DNA from: Azolla caroliniana
Taxonomy: Eukaryota; Plantae; Polypodiophyta
DNA: 64,000 nucleotides
Reading direction: 5' to 3'
Assembly: GCA_043228905.1 (NCBI GenBank)
Contig: JBHGNT010000018.1
Coordinates: 17,918,001 to 17,982,000, forward strand
A model generated the notes under the pieces. It did not search any database, was not told the origin of the DNA, and saw nothing but the letters and a program-made list of their open reading frames with translations. The position numbers and the translations under genes were made by a program. Within the stretch, counting starts at the first letter, position 1, and each line of letters opens with the position of its first letter. Positions 1 to 13,409 of this stretch are shown here, in pieces.

Positions 1-240
1 TATGTTGATGACCCACCATCAAGAAAGTGAAATCTCTATTTGTTGCCAAGTTCAAAATGAAGAATATGGACAACGTTCACTACTTCCTTGGAATCAAGAT
101 CATCTACACAGCTCATGGCATCTTCTCTTAATGCTAATACATCTTGAACTTGTTCACATTCAACATGGCAGATTGTATGCCGATCACAACTAAGCTTGAT
201 AATGACTTTAGCAAAGGCAACGGAAGCTCATTGATCAACA
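1..240 (+). pseudogene. Degenerate Ty1/Copia reverse transcriptase fragment
   Basis: Begins TATGTTGATGAC (YVDD); CACTACTTCCTTGGAATC (HYFLGI) follows; resembles the RT of Copia A/C in this window; frameshifted. Confidence 0.7.
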
Positions 241-3200
241 TGATTGTACGACATTCTTGAACTAGATCGGGTTGCAACAATAACAAACTCGATCATTCAC
301 ATTGTGTGTGACATGTGTGGGAAGACACATATTTGCATTTAAGACCACCTCCCTTGTTGTACCTGTGTCGTAAGTGCATATTTACACTAGACCATTTTTA
401 CTGCATTGAAGTTTTCTAGTGTAGTGAACCTTTACATGTTTAAGACTGCACAATATTGTTGCTTGCAAAGGCACTACCTAGTACCTAGTATTTGTTAACA
501 AGAAAATCCAACATTATATGTTATGAGAAGAACATGGTTTGGATTCTAGTGTTTGGTTATTAACCAAAGTTATGCTACATAAATATCATATCCAAAAACA
601 TGTATGTAATAGATTATATACATATATAGACATATATATAATGAATATCATAGATACTTTTAGTGACACATGAAGTCAATAATTCCTAGTATATATGCTA
701 TTTGAAAGGTAATGCATTATGTAATTTATTACCAAAGGTTTCAAACTAAGAGAAAATACTATTCAAACCTCCTTCCTCCCCCAAAAGTGGGAAAATAGAT
801 AGAATACTTTGGTCTTTTATGAGTAGATGTTGATAAGAAAAGAAAGAGATCCCCACTCATGATGTGAAATGATGTGTTGTATGATTTGTAATGCAAAAGC
901 AATTTGATTATGATTGTTGACTTGGATCTTGTGACTTAATAAAAAATCTCCCTAGGTGGAATATTGCATATGTGATTACTAGTGCCAAGTGGCTCCCTTT
1001 ATCCTAGTACTGAAACATGAAAGGGACATTAATGGAATCTCAACAAAATACAAGGGTAAGATATGGGATGGTCGAAATATCATTATAACCATGATCATCT
1101 TGCATATAATCCATGTTACAACAAAGCAAACACACTTAAGTAAGATAAACATTCATGTCATACTCTGGAGTTTAAAAAAAAATGTTAAACAAGCAAGACA
1201 CTAACAATGTGATAGTATACAATCAATGTTTACAAAAGAGTAGAGCTCACAACACTACTGTTCTCTTTAGCCAATGAAAATGAATTAAAAAGTATACGTG
1301 AAGATTTAACATTTTGTTTTATAGTCATCGGGTCCATTTAAGGAATCATTTGTCTAACTTGCTTTGATTACATCCATAGAATGCCCTCAATTTTTGTTTT
1401 ATGTGTCACTAATAATACCCAAATGCCATATGAATGCTAGGTATTATCATTACAAATGCAAATGTTTCATGGTGAACCTTTGGTCCAGATTTTGTTTTAC
1501 AATGGATTTTAGTGAAAAATAACTCTAATTGCTAGATATATCACTAAGATGTGTCTTGGGGTAGGGACCATGTATAGTTATCTTATCACTAGTCCAATTT
1601 GAGAAGACAACTTCGTGTCTTACATAATCTCCTATATCATTACGTCTCATCAATGTTTGAAAAAAAAACTCAAAAAAACTACATCACTGAACCATTATAG
1701 GACAACATACATGAGTGATTATCACTTCTTATAATTTTTTTTGGTTTTAGTTCAACATTTCACATTACTTTATAAGTTCAATTAGTCATGTCAAGGAATA
1801 GCTACACACTTTGATGTCACCCTTTCATCGGCCTTCCATCACTATCCAATCTTTTATACAAGCTAATATGCTCCATCTTCGATGTCTTGTGAATGTCTAA
1901 TATGCACCTTAAATGCTCTTGTCTAACGATAGCATAATCTTTCTTTGAAGAATCAATAGAATGGAAAGTTACACATCATTTACTTTGATCTACGATTCAA
2001 AAGGACATAAAGAAGAGTTAAATTTTTTACTTGTTAGTGTACTTGCTGATAATATTTATTAAAAAATCATACTTTATTTCTACTAAAAAGCTTTATACTT
2101 CATAATGGATATTTCTTTGTAAATACTATACCCTGATCAAAATTTCGGATGATTTGACAACTAATCTATACATGTATGTATTTATATATGTGAATGATGA
2201 TATGAAGTCTTTCATGCACTTGCTCCCAAACAATACCTTTCTTGCATCACATCACCCATTGGTTACTATAGTTCCTTGTTCATCAAAATCAAAACCTTGC
2301 TATTTGGACTTCCCCTACAAAACCTAGAGGCCTCCACCATTCTTTCTCCATAGCCTCCATTTTGCACTCAGATTTGTGTAACATACAATAAATATGATTT
2401 TAATCAATATTGCTTAATTCCATTTACCCCTCATGATCATTTTGTGGTATCATCTTTGCATATTTTTTATATTCAAGGGCTGACAAGTATTGATAAAGTG
2501 TGTACATGAACACATTATTGGATGCGAGCAAGAAACATTGTAGATATAAATCAAATGATTAGTTAGATGAAAAATTAAACAATAAATTTCGAATTCTATT
2601 CTGGGAGCTGTGCATAATATATAACTTTTTCTCACAATATAGCATAGATAGTCTGCATTGTATGTGTGCTCAATTACTTTGGTGAAGGGAATATTGAAAT
2701 GGAACACAAACTAGGAGGAAAAAGTAACCTAAATCATATAGCTAACATTAGTGGTGCCTTACTAATAATGGATAACCTTTTGACATCAGATTCATATCTT
2801 AACTACATTAATCCAGATTATATTTACTTGGAACATGGAAGCATACCAATATTTCACAGATGTTCGTTAATAACACATTACATTGATGCTTTCAGCACAT
2901 GGATGTCAAGGACAGTGATATTTATTGCACATGAGCATGAATTTAGTTATGTGGGCTCCAAGTGGATTTATTTACATAATCCAGGTTTGGGTTAATTATT
3001 TAGTGCATGTGGGCACACAAAAGGAGAGAATCCACAATTTCGTATACAAAGTAAAGCCTAAGTTAGTGTTCAAGTTGTCCATCACAAATACACTTGAAAA
3101 TCCTAGACATTTTCCATGTTTCATAATATACCATGAAGCTTTCAACACAAACTATGCATGTGAAAAAACTTAAAATAAAGATTGAAACACAACAATCCAA

Positions 3201-4439
3201 AAACATGAGTAGGGAATGTAAATTGACAAAAACCATTAGGACCAAAATCCTGTAACCCAAAATATATGATGGTAATTACACTAAAAAATAACTTCAGTGG
3301 GTTTATCAGTGTGCATACACAAAGCCTTGATGGTGGCTCAAATGCCTACACTAAGGTTAGATTCTTTGTAGAGAAAATGGGGCTCCTTCAAAGATTTGGG
3401 AGTCGGACCAATTTGTCAAGTCACTTTTTTTGGCCAGCTCTTGTAGTTTTAACCTAAATTTTCACAAATTATGCAAAGATGTCCCAGCTTCTGAGCCTCA
3501 AGTCCACTGATGATTGATCTCATATAATTTATAGGTTACGATGCCACGAATAAAACATGCTCAGGGATACCATCTACAAATTCTTTATCCTGCTCATCTC
3601 TCAATAAGGAAAATCCAACACTTACTGATATGTTATCAAATGAAGCCAACACATCTGCCCATTCCCGATCCAAATTGACAATGTTAATTCATAACACTCT
3701 ACTAGTTCTATATAATATGCCAATACTTAACCCTCTGATTCTTTCCTGAATATTATCTTCCATGGTGTAATATTTGTTCAATCAGTTATTTAAGGCATCA
3801 TACAACAATATGTCGCTAAGCAGTTTCTGACCAACATCGACTTCTAATTCAGTTCAGAGGTCATCCAGTGCAACCTTTTAGCCAGCCGATTCTTTGGTTA
3901 CCATTACGTTGTAATCCACCTCCAACACAACAAACTTTTGAACCCTTCAACACAACATTGAAGGTTTTCTAAATAGATTTCAAAGCTATACTCATAACTA
4001 TGGGAGATAGCTTCCTGCAAAGGAACATAGGAAATTTTGTATACATTATGTTTTTCTTTATGTGTCAGTTGAGCAATCAAATTCAATCGCCATTATACTC
4101 ATAGAAAAAGAAAGAGAAAGAAAGAAAGAAAGACAGATATATTAACGTCTTTTAAGAGGCCAAAATGGCCTATAAGACCAAATAAGAGATTACATCTTGA
4201 GTGTTGTCTCGTCTTTGAGAACAAATCAAAATAAAATAAATACTACACAGTAAATATAAAAGTAAATAAGATGAAAAGAGAAGAAACGAGGGAATCTGGT
4301 TTTTGGCACATGTGAGATTCTCAAGTTAGGTATATTGTAGCTTTTGTCTTCGAAAGATCTCTAGTATAGGTCGATCCAGAATGGAAATGTCTCCAAAGCA
4401 AGGGAAGCACCTACCATGGCGGGAGATATTGGTTTTTAT

Positions 4440-7400
4440 CTATCGATGACAAGGGTGTCGAGGTCGTGGTCCATGGGGGCAGGGCCTACGTGCACGGCAA
4501 ATTGCTATCGCCCGATCAATTGTAACCCCTTTGTTATGTCCTGGTCTGGAGCCCATTTGTGTATCCCGTGATGGACTTGTCGGATTAGTAGGAGTGATGG
4601 GGCTAAAGAAAGTTGTGATTGTTCTTTGTGGATGAGCTTGTGTGGCTGTATTCTTCAACAACTTTTCCCAATGTCTCTTGAGCTCTAGCAAGAAAAGTCC
4701 TAGGCATCGTTGGTCCTCATATTCCATTACCTTGCGTAGTGGGCCAAAGCCTTGTTTAAAGAGGCAATGGTATCTCCCTCTGATTTCATAAAAGACACTA
4801 CAATGACAAACATAGTGTTCCTCAGATTCCACTCCTTGATGACACAATTGGCAAATTCTCTCTTCTAGAGGTAGTCGTGTATATCTGCCTACCTCAACCT
4901 GTAGCTGATGTGATGAAGTTCTTAGCTGCCCTATCACACTACGCAGCGCATAGGATAGATGTATGTCCATAAAATGTGGCCTGATGATGAATCCATCCTC
5001 CGATGTATGTAAGAAGTGTGTCTTATTGTGGGCCATCTTTGTACCTAGTGGTATTTTGGGGCTGATCCATGTTATCTTGTTTTCCAAGTTAATAATATCA
5101 ATCCGGATCACTCTATTCTTTTCCACTTTGGTCATATTTAGGTGGGGACAGTCCAAGCTATATTGGAACGGCGGTAGTGCATTTATACTCATGCCATGTG
5201 ACTCGAACCATTGCTGCATTTCAGCATACCAACAATGAGAGTCTCCATTTCAGCCAGTTGTCTTGATGACATAAGTGCCAAACTTGGGTACCTTCGTTTA
5301 GGTAGCTCCCAAAGACATTGGAAAAATGTCACTGATCGGAACAATGCCTCGGTTATTATAGGTGTTGCTCCCATCTCTGCCTGGATTATATCGTGGGGCA
5401 CCGATGCTTTGCTCCTTATTATGCGAGCAATCATTGACACTAAAGGTCTCTCTAATTCTTTCCAATGATTTGCCTTGTTAAGACTCGGTCCCCATGTTTC
5501 TACTCCATAGAGAAGAGTTGGTGTGACAAGTGTATCAAATAACCATAGCTTAGTCCATGGCTCTTGGAACTGCAGATGTGCATATCCATGAGAAAGTTGG
5601 GCACAAGCAGCCTCCTGTAAGGAGAACCTACGTTTTGTAAATGTTACTCCTAGGTATGTGTAGCAGCGTGTGTATTCCACCTTTTCCCCTCCCAAGAAGA
5701 ATTCTGGTTCTGATCTTGTTACCCATGCTTGAGTGGTGTTAAACACCATCACTTTAGTTTTGTCCATGTTGATTGACAAAGCTTTGTCCGTACAAAATAG
5801 TTTTAAGGCATTTTGATGTCTTTGTAGTCCCTCCAATGGTGCTAGCCACTGCCTCTGACAAGCCCTTGGGAGACCACACCTTTCTTGACACGGATTCATA
5901 GAGTGCATAGACTCCCCATTGCATATATGTAAGAACACCAAGGGCTTCTAGCCGCTGCATAAGCCGAGCACGTGGCACAATGTCAAAGGCTTTTCGGAAA
6001 TCCACAAAGCAGCTATAAATCCTCTTATTGTGGGCTTTGCCCTCCTCAATAAGGGCCCGGAGGGTGAATATGTGATCCAAAGTTGTGAACCCCTTCCGAA
6101 AGCCTGCCTGTCCAACTGAACGGCAACCATTTTGCTCTGCCCATATACTCAATTCTGATTCTAGAATCAACCCATATAGTTTAGCCAAGTAATGGCCAAT
6201 CATGATTGTCCTATAGTTGTTTGGCATCATTGGGCTCTCCACTTTTGAGGATTGGCACAATGGTATGCTGAGTCCATATAGTAGGGAAACCTTCACACGT
6301 GGCTCTATTAAAGATGTGTGCTAGCAATGGAAGCAAGGTGTCGCGGGCATAGATAAAGTGCTCACCCACCAATCCATCATGATCTTGGGCCTTCCCAAAT
6401 TGTAGTCGATCAATGGCATTTCTTACATTTTGTGGTGTAAAGAAGGTTGATTCATGTGGGCGTGAGGCATTCGGGTGGGGAAGAGGAGGTTGCCCCAGGA
6501 CATCATATAGAACCTTTGCATATTCATGCCACACCTAAGGTGAGGTTAGTTGTGTGGTGGGTTGCCTCTCATTAAACATTTTCGATGCTCTTTTACTCTC
6601 TTGTCCTAGGAACAAGTGATACAAATGATCTTCAAATTTAGCCAAATACAATCGCTTCTTCTTCCTTACAAGGCGTTGGAAGGTTGCTCTTGCTTGGTTG
6701 TGTGTATAAATGCCCCGAGTTACATCATGCTGCAAGCATCTCCTTGTATCATGACATTCCTCATCATACCAACTATTTTGTATTACTCTACCAAGTTTGG
6801 GGGGATTGGTTGTTGTGTGAGGAAAGGCATTTGTGGCTGCTTTATGCAATGATTTGGACAATCCTTGGGTAAGTTCTTCAAGGGGTGCGAAAGGATCTAA
6901 ATCTAGCATGCCATTGTATACACCACAACTATACACATCAATTGTCTCGCGAGTAAATAGATACTTAGCCAGCCCACTCTCCTTAGCATATACATCCTTT
7001 GTGCATTCATCCTTTACCGCGAAGCGTAGATATGCACGATCTGTTGCCAAGCCAATAGTGAACACTTTTATTTCAGGTATAAGAGATGGAGATCCCATTA
7101 GATAGTGAACTATGCTTGCACCCCCTTTTGGGTTCCAACATGTCAAAGCATCCCCTTTTGGCCATTGTGACAAGACATTATATATCACAAATCCATGCGC
7201 ACTTCCCAAGGCTAGAAAGTCTTTTCCATATTCAATTATAGCACTCATATCTTTAGCTTGTCGCTTTTGACCAACCTCTTCTGCCATAACTTCTTCATAA
7301 ATAGCCTCGTTGGTGTTAAACATAGTTGTTTGTTCATCCTTGGTTCGTGCATTAAAATCTCCTAATAGGATAATGTCCCCCATAGTAGCAAATCTTATGA

Positions 7401-7817
7401 TATCATCATATAGAGGTAGATATGGTGATTCACCTAGAGGTGCAAACCTTGAGTAAGCAGGTGTAAAGTAGTAAATTGCAATATATAACTCCCTAAGATC
7501 CCCTCTTTTTATTCGTATGCACATGTAGCGTGCATCTACATCCTTATGGACAACATGCACTCTATCATGGAACTCCTTTTTGTATAGCACAGCCACTCCT
7601 CCCAAACCTCTAGTGTTTCCTCGTGTCCGAGGTTGGGGTGACATATCGACTCCCATCTATATCCTTGTACCCTGGGGAGTTTGCTAACCATGCATTGGTG
7701 AGTCTCTATATACATAGCAATATCTGTGTTTTTCAATGTATCTTCAAAATATCCGACATCTGTCCTTAGAGAGCCGTTGCAATTCCATATGGTCATGTGT
7801 AGGGTCTCATAGGCCAT
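4440..7817 (-). pseudogene. LINE ORF2: AP endonuclease, reverse transcriptase, CCHC zinc knuckle (disrupted)
   Basis: APE motifs TIWNCNG, GGVAVLYK, LLGDFNART; RT motifs NYRTIMI, QAGFRKG..TLDHIFTL, FVDFRKAFD, YLGV; C-terminal LRTSSHQLQVEVGR..CQLC..ESEEHYVCHC. Several stops and frameshifts; the QG/YADD core is missing. Confidence 0.92.
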
Positions 7818-7823
7818 ATATCG

Positions 7824-9002
7824 TCATGCGGTTCTCTTCTCTGTAATAATGACCTTGCCATCTCTATATGTGGCCCATTTTCCTTCATTTCTTGCATCAA
7901 GCACTCGTGGCATGTTTTCTTTGCGGTGTGCCACTTGGGCTGGAGTGAGATCGTCATCTAAGTATATTTTTTCACTCTTGAGTGCCTTTCTTTTAGAGAG
8001 GAAAGCTTTTTTCCTGGTCAACATCCATGAAGTGGATGATAAGGGCTTTAGCTCTAGACTCATCTCTTCCCACCCTCCATGCCGAAGCAAAAGGAATATC
8101 TGAAGCTCCAATCTTTGTTTTGAGATTCTTGGCATCTTCTTGTGGACTTCCTTTTTCTGCCCAACCAACCACTCGTACATGCAACGCACGAGCTTTCCTC
8201 TTGGCTTCTTCTTCAAATGTAGCATTCATCATTGTCGTCCTATCCATGGATGTTCCTTTTTGCTTTTTCACTACCTCTATCCAAGGAGCATTTGCTTTAA
8301 TTTCGTTTTGGGCGTGCTCAACTTGAGCCTTGGCATCTTTGGCCATGTCTGCCCATGTTTGCATTTCCTTAGTGGCATTGGCTTTCACTTTAGAGATGCA
8401 TCTTTCCACTACTTCTTGTCCTTTTTCTAAATCCACTTTTATAGCTCCTAAATCAACCTTACTTGAGGATATTTCATCCTTAAGGTATTGTGTCATGTCA
8501 TCCTTGAGCTCTAAGTGTGATTTCTTCACATGGCTTATTATGTCTTTCCGCATCTCTTCTAATAACTCAATCTTGAGAGAGGCATACAACTATGTTTTCT
8601 GTTTCTCTATCTCTTTTTTTATTTCTTCTTTTAGTGCTATTTCTATATCCTCTCTAATAAGATTGATCTCTTGCGCAATCAAATGGCGTACAACTCTGTT
8701 TTCTGTTTCTCTATCTCTTTTTTTATTTCTTCTTTTAGTGCTATTTCTATATCCTCTCTAATAAGATTGATCTCTTGCGCAATCAAATGGCGTAATAGAT
8801 CATGTTTCCCATTTTCGACATCAAATGGAATGTTGAATGGGGCCTGTGTTCTGGGTGCCTTGTGAACCCTTCTAACGCTATTCAGGGTGCTTCCATCCCG
8901 TCCTTTTCGTCTATGGTATCTTCTTGGGGTCTTCCATGGATTTGGACCCTCGCCGTGCGTGTTAAGGTCCATCTTTTCATTTTCTGTCCATTCAGATTCC
9001 AT
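7824..9002 (-). pseudogene. LINE ORF1 (coiled coil plus C-terminal nucleic-acid-binding region), frameshifted
   Basis: ORF pieces 8679-9002, 7993-8589 and 7824-8225 lie directly upstream of ORF2; long E/K-rich coiled coil; C-terminal IYLDDDLTPAQ...WATYRDGK is typical of ORF1p. Confidence 0.8.
8587..8794. repeat. 104-bp tandem duplication in LINE ORF1
   Basis: 8587-8690 repeated at 8691-8794, bounded by GGC(A/G)TA microhomology; causes a frameshift. Confidence 0.95.
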
Positions 9003-10935
9003 GGTGTCTTAGGACAGCAGGTATAGGGTGTGAAATGTTGAGGGTAGAGGGAACAATATAGATTCCAGGAATTTCTATTGGCCAGAAATCACAGAGGAAC
9101 AGATTTGGTAGAAAATGCAGGGAATCAGATTTGGCTGAAAACGCAGAGGATCAGGCATTGCAGAAAACGTAGAGGAAAGACATTGCAGAAAACGCAGAGG
9201 ATTAGACATTGCAGAGAACACACAGGGCAGACATTGCAGAAAACGCAGAGACAAAGACAGAGACAGAGAGAGAAAGAAAGAAAGATATATGAACGGCTTC
9301 TATGACCACATTTGGCCCACAGATATATAGAGAAGAAAACATATGCGAAGGCATGCAGTAGGAAAATGGATGATGATGATGCAAGTAGCTTGGAAGAGCA
9401 TAAAAGTGGTGAGCATTTCACCAAGAAAAGTATGCAATGGAACTCATATGTATAGACTGAGTAGTTCCGCCGTACACCAAGAAGGAAGGAATGAACCTTA
9501 TGGAAGACTACTTCGGCATCAATTTCGTGCTTGAGGGGGAATAATGAGAAACTCGATGAGCTGGGCACGGGTTCACTTGTGCTTATGCTAAGTCTTGCTA
9601 AAATCAGACCACATAGAACAAAATATGGTCTAGACAATGATAAGAGTAACTGAAATTACAGACAATGATAAGAGAGACAAATTGCAGACAGGTATTATCA
9701 AACTGCAATAGAAAGAGTAAAGGAAACACTAAAGCTCTATTGTGGATGGCATGAGAATATTGGAGTTTCATAACATAGAAGTTCCCAAAGGAGTGTCTTT
9801 ATCCAACAGGAAAGTGGAATCCGGTCTCAACGTCTAAGGTTCATGGCTTCATAGTGTGACCTTTATAAAAGGAGGGAATCTGTTTCAGATCCTGTCGATA
9901 TCAAGATTGGTGGATCATGTAGCACTCTGCGGATAAAAAAGGATCAGACCATAGACTTAAGTAATGATAGCTGAATGTGATTGTCATGTAATCATAAGGG
10001 AAGAAGTAGAGTCCAAAGGATCACGCTTATTGACCACAGAGAGCTGGCCAATCCTCCAGCAAGAAGATGGAGCATGTGCCTTTCAAAGAAAAACTCAAAT
10101 CAGATGTTATTTCTTAAAAGCAGTCTTTATGCATTTAAAAAATGTGAAAACAAACAATCAGATGATATTGACCAAGCAAACACCATGAACTTGTAAACCA
10201 AGTGCATTGACAAAGGAAGACAAAAATTCACATGCAACTACCTTTTCCACAAGGGTTGGACTACATATGTCCATATAGTCGACTATGTCACATGGGCTTC
10301 CTCTCCAACTTTCTCTAAAAAGAGCTTCTAAAGTAAGGAGATTGATGAAGGATAGAAAAAAGGGCTATTAGTCAAGCAAGATTCAAGTTAAAAACGTCAT
10401 CAACCATAAGATATTCAGAAGTAAAAGGCTAGTCTTTTTCTTTCTCTGTTTTTGATATTTCGTTTGGACTCACAGGGCTTGGCTTCATGAAGCATATATG
10501 CCTCTGAGATAATGGTAGTAGATCTACAAGATTATTCAAGGAACATATAAAACTAGATTATTCAGGTTTGATAAGCATTCTTCAAGATGAATGCAATTAT
10601 AACATTGCAGCATTGTAGAAACAAACATATGAAAACTTACATTATGATTTTCTTTGTGTACTCTTCGCAACCTATACCAATGATGCAACTCATTGCAGCT
10701 ATTGCAAACATATTGCTACTAGCAATGAATAAATCACACTTTTCAAATATGGACATAAGCTTGAATTTTCACCATCTTTTTTCTGTTGGAACTCCGTTTG
10801 GACATGAAGAGAAATAAAATTGAAATGTCTTTCTAAAAATCTTTGATCCACACCTGTACCGTCAAGAATGTTAAGTTAAAAGGTTAAAAATAATCTGTGT
10901 TTAAGCACATAACTGTGTACAGAAATACATATACC

Positions 10936-11023
10936 TCAACTTTGCTGTTTTGCATCCTTGACTCCTGCCTTTTCCCCAGCCCTCGTCTCTAAAATAAGAT
11001 GATTGAGAAGACCATTGACAGCA
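10936..11023 (-). CDS. LYR-motif protein, last coding exon (A)AVNGLLNHLILETRAGEKAGVKDAKQQS*
   Basis: Follows a 92-nt GT-AG intron (11115-11024) in the correct phase; GLxNH motif recalls plant LYR proteins; TGA at 10938-10936. Total protein ~85 aa. Confidence 0.85.
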
Positions 11024-11115
11024 CTGCATTCATCATCAAGGTATTTTATTTGGTGTTACGGACGTAATTTTTTTTATACCTGATTCAAAGTACAAGAAAC
11101 AGGAAGTTTACGTAC

Positions 11116-11213
11116 GCTTGCTTCAATTCTTGCACTTTCTGAGTGTCAGTTTCATGCATATTTCTTCGAAACTGCTGGCGAATCATTTCTTTGAGAACCT
11201 CAGAATTGCCTCT
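11116..11213 (-). CDS. LYR-motif protein, exon RGNSEVLKEMIRQQFRRNMHETDTQKVQELKQ(A)
   Basis: 98-nt exon with CAG acceptor and GTACGT donor; LYR-family second motif IRxxFRxNxxETD; phase matches neighbouring exons. Confidence 0.9.
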
Positions 11214-12468
11214 CTGCCATTACAAATCAATTGATAAAAAATCAAACTAAATAGAAGAGACCATCTTAAAAAGTCAAATAAATTTCAAGGTATAAAAAAT
11301 ATACTTTCTTTATGGCCTCAACACACAAAGTTCTATTATTAGTTGGGTATGAAAAAGATGGAAAGTTCTATTTTCTCAGAGACCAATCATCTATCAATTT
11401 TGTTAAAGATTTTACAACATTGTTTGAGTTAACAGGTTTTATCCACATTGTTGCAAGCTTTGACGAGACAATATCAGCAATTGCAATCTTTGATCAAGTC
11501 TCATAAGCCATTATGATCTTTACATTGATGTCTCTATTTCTTTCTATGGATTTCTACAAAGTAGGAACATGTGGACATATTCCATGAGTTCAGTATGACA
11601 CTGAAATATGATCACTGGGCCAAAACTTCATTAGGCCAGTGTGATGAAGCATTTATTGATGAGTTTCAGAACAAACTTAGGAATGCCACGCAAGCTTTTG
11701 TAGATTGGAAATCTCTAGCTGCTTTGGGCAATTTTTTCCATAAAGATAGTGTCAAAATGCTGATTTATGCTCTCGAAAGATTAGGATGGATGGCAATTTA
11801 GAATATCCTAGAACATTGAACACAGATACATATTAGGAAAATGAATTCTTTTAGATAATAGGAAGGGAAACTTTCATTCCATGATCACCACTCCTGTATT
11901 GTATACAGAAAGCAGACTGGACCACAACTTTCTTGGTTAAATGCATCTATGCACTTTAATAGGTCAGGGTGGGGCACATATCTTCTAAACATATGAAACA
12001 GAGGCACTGTAACATGGTTTCCTACTCAACAAAGCCAAACCTCTTTATGCACTCTAACAAACGGGCAGAATCAGCAATTACATCTGACTTTACACAAATA
12101 AAAAAGGTTCAAGAATTCGTAATAGACAATACTGGTTCAATATATATGTCGGAGGTGTACATGAGCGCATAATGTCTATTGAACTAAGTCTAATAAATTG
12201 TGCCATAATCTAGAAACCTTAGAACCGATAAGGCCTCCAAGTGCAATATACTTAGATTAGCATGTGGCCAGGGGTATATATTCGCTCACCTGTCATTTTT
12301 GCAATTTGAAGCAGATATTATTAGTGGATATCCAGATTGATGGATACAAATTCTCATTGTGTTTAGTTCAACAAAAGAATCCTAAACAAAGTTAGCTTAT
12401 AATAATTGAGAATTGCAAACATACAGATATAAATTATTTGAAAATTTCTATTATTGCTGAGCCCCAAC

Positions 12469-12513
12469 CTTCTTTCCTTCTAATTCTGCACGACGCAAGC
12501 ACTCTCGATAAAG
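12469..12513 (-). CDS. LYR-motif (Complex1_LYR/LYRM) protein, exon LYRECLRRAELEGKK
   Basis: 45-nt exon between tttttgtacAG and GTtggg; encodes the LYR signature LYRxCLR. Confidence 0.88.
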
Positions 12514-13409
12514 CTGTACAAAAACTGATATCATTGGATGAATATGGAATTATACCAAGTTGTAGAATTCAATTAACTAGCCAAAAGTAAAATGCGAGAA
12601 GAAATGAGCCAAAAAACAACATTGAAACTTATTGAGATAATAACAAAGAGAAATACATTCACATCGCTTTACTCCAAAAAATTAACGCCAACCGTTAAGA
12701 CACATTAATCTTAAGCTAGGTTTAAGAATCATAAACTTATTAAAAAACATTTATTTATGTTAAATGATATTCAAAGTTCTTGGGCAGGTAATGCAAATAT
12801 AATCATCCATTGGATTGAATCTCAAAATTCATGAAATACAGGATTGACATATTAATATTTGAAGAGTAAAAGTTTGCATTCCAATTATGAATCAAATATG
12901 TGCTTTCTACTCATTACTCCCATGTTTACTCCACAGTTTCTACATATTAAAGCCATTCGGTAAATGAAATAAGAGTATGGCAAAAGTATAATTTGTAGCA
13001 CTTAAAGGTTTCATACATCATATATAATATACCACCATAACATAGAAACCCCTTTATAAATATGGTTTTTTAAAGGTTTCGGTAGTTTAACTTATAATAT
13101 GGCAAATGAATTGTTAGATAAAGGTGGTCAGATTTATTTATTTTTTGGACAAAGAGCCAAAAAAGGGGAGAATGTTTTGGGTGTGAACATTAAAAAGGTG
13201 AGAAGATTGAGTTGCAATTTCATTTTGCTAAGGTGCAAGAATGAATGTGTTTAAAGAGCAAGACTTAGTTGAAGGTCCAGGAAGGTTCATTCAAATTTTT
13301 AGAAGTATCAACAGAGAATCTTTGTGATGGTTTTACCTAAGAAGTTCAGATATTTGAAGGTGTTTTTCACTAGTTCTCTGGTCCTGTCAGGACCTTTTTT
13401 ACTTCTTAC

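Larger units (their letters stand above)
4108..9707 (-). mobile_element. Near full-length non-LTR retrotransposon (RTEX/RTE-like LINE), defective
   Basis: ORF1 and ORF2 on the minus strand; 3' end in a (CTTT)n-type microsatellite tail at ~4108-4132; candidate 7-bp TSD ATAGAAA at 4101-4107 and 9708-9714. Confidence 0.85.

Noticed and set aside
2450-3457. Short ORFs on both strands
   Set aside because: No recognisable domain; cannot be distinguished from chance.
11312-11801. Two plus-strand ORFs inside the LYR intron
   Set aside because: Short, no recognisable motif or splice support.
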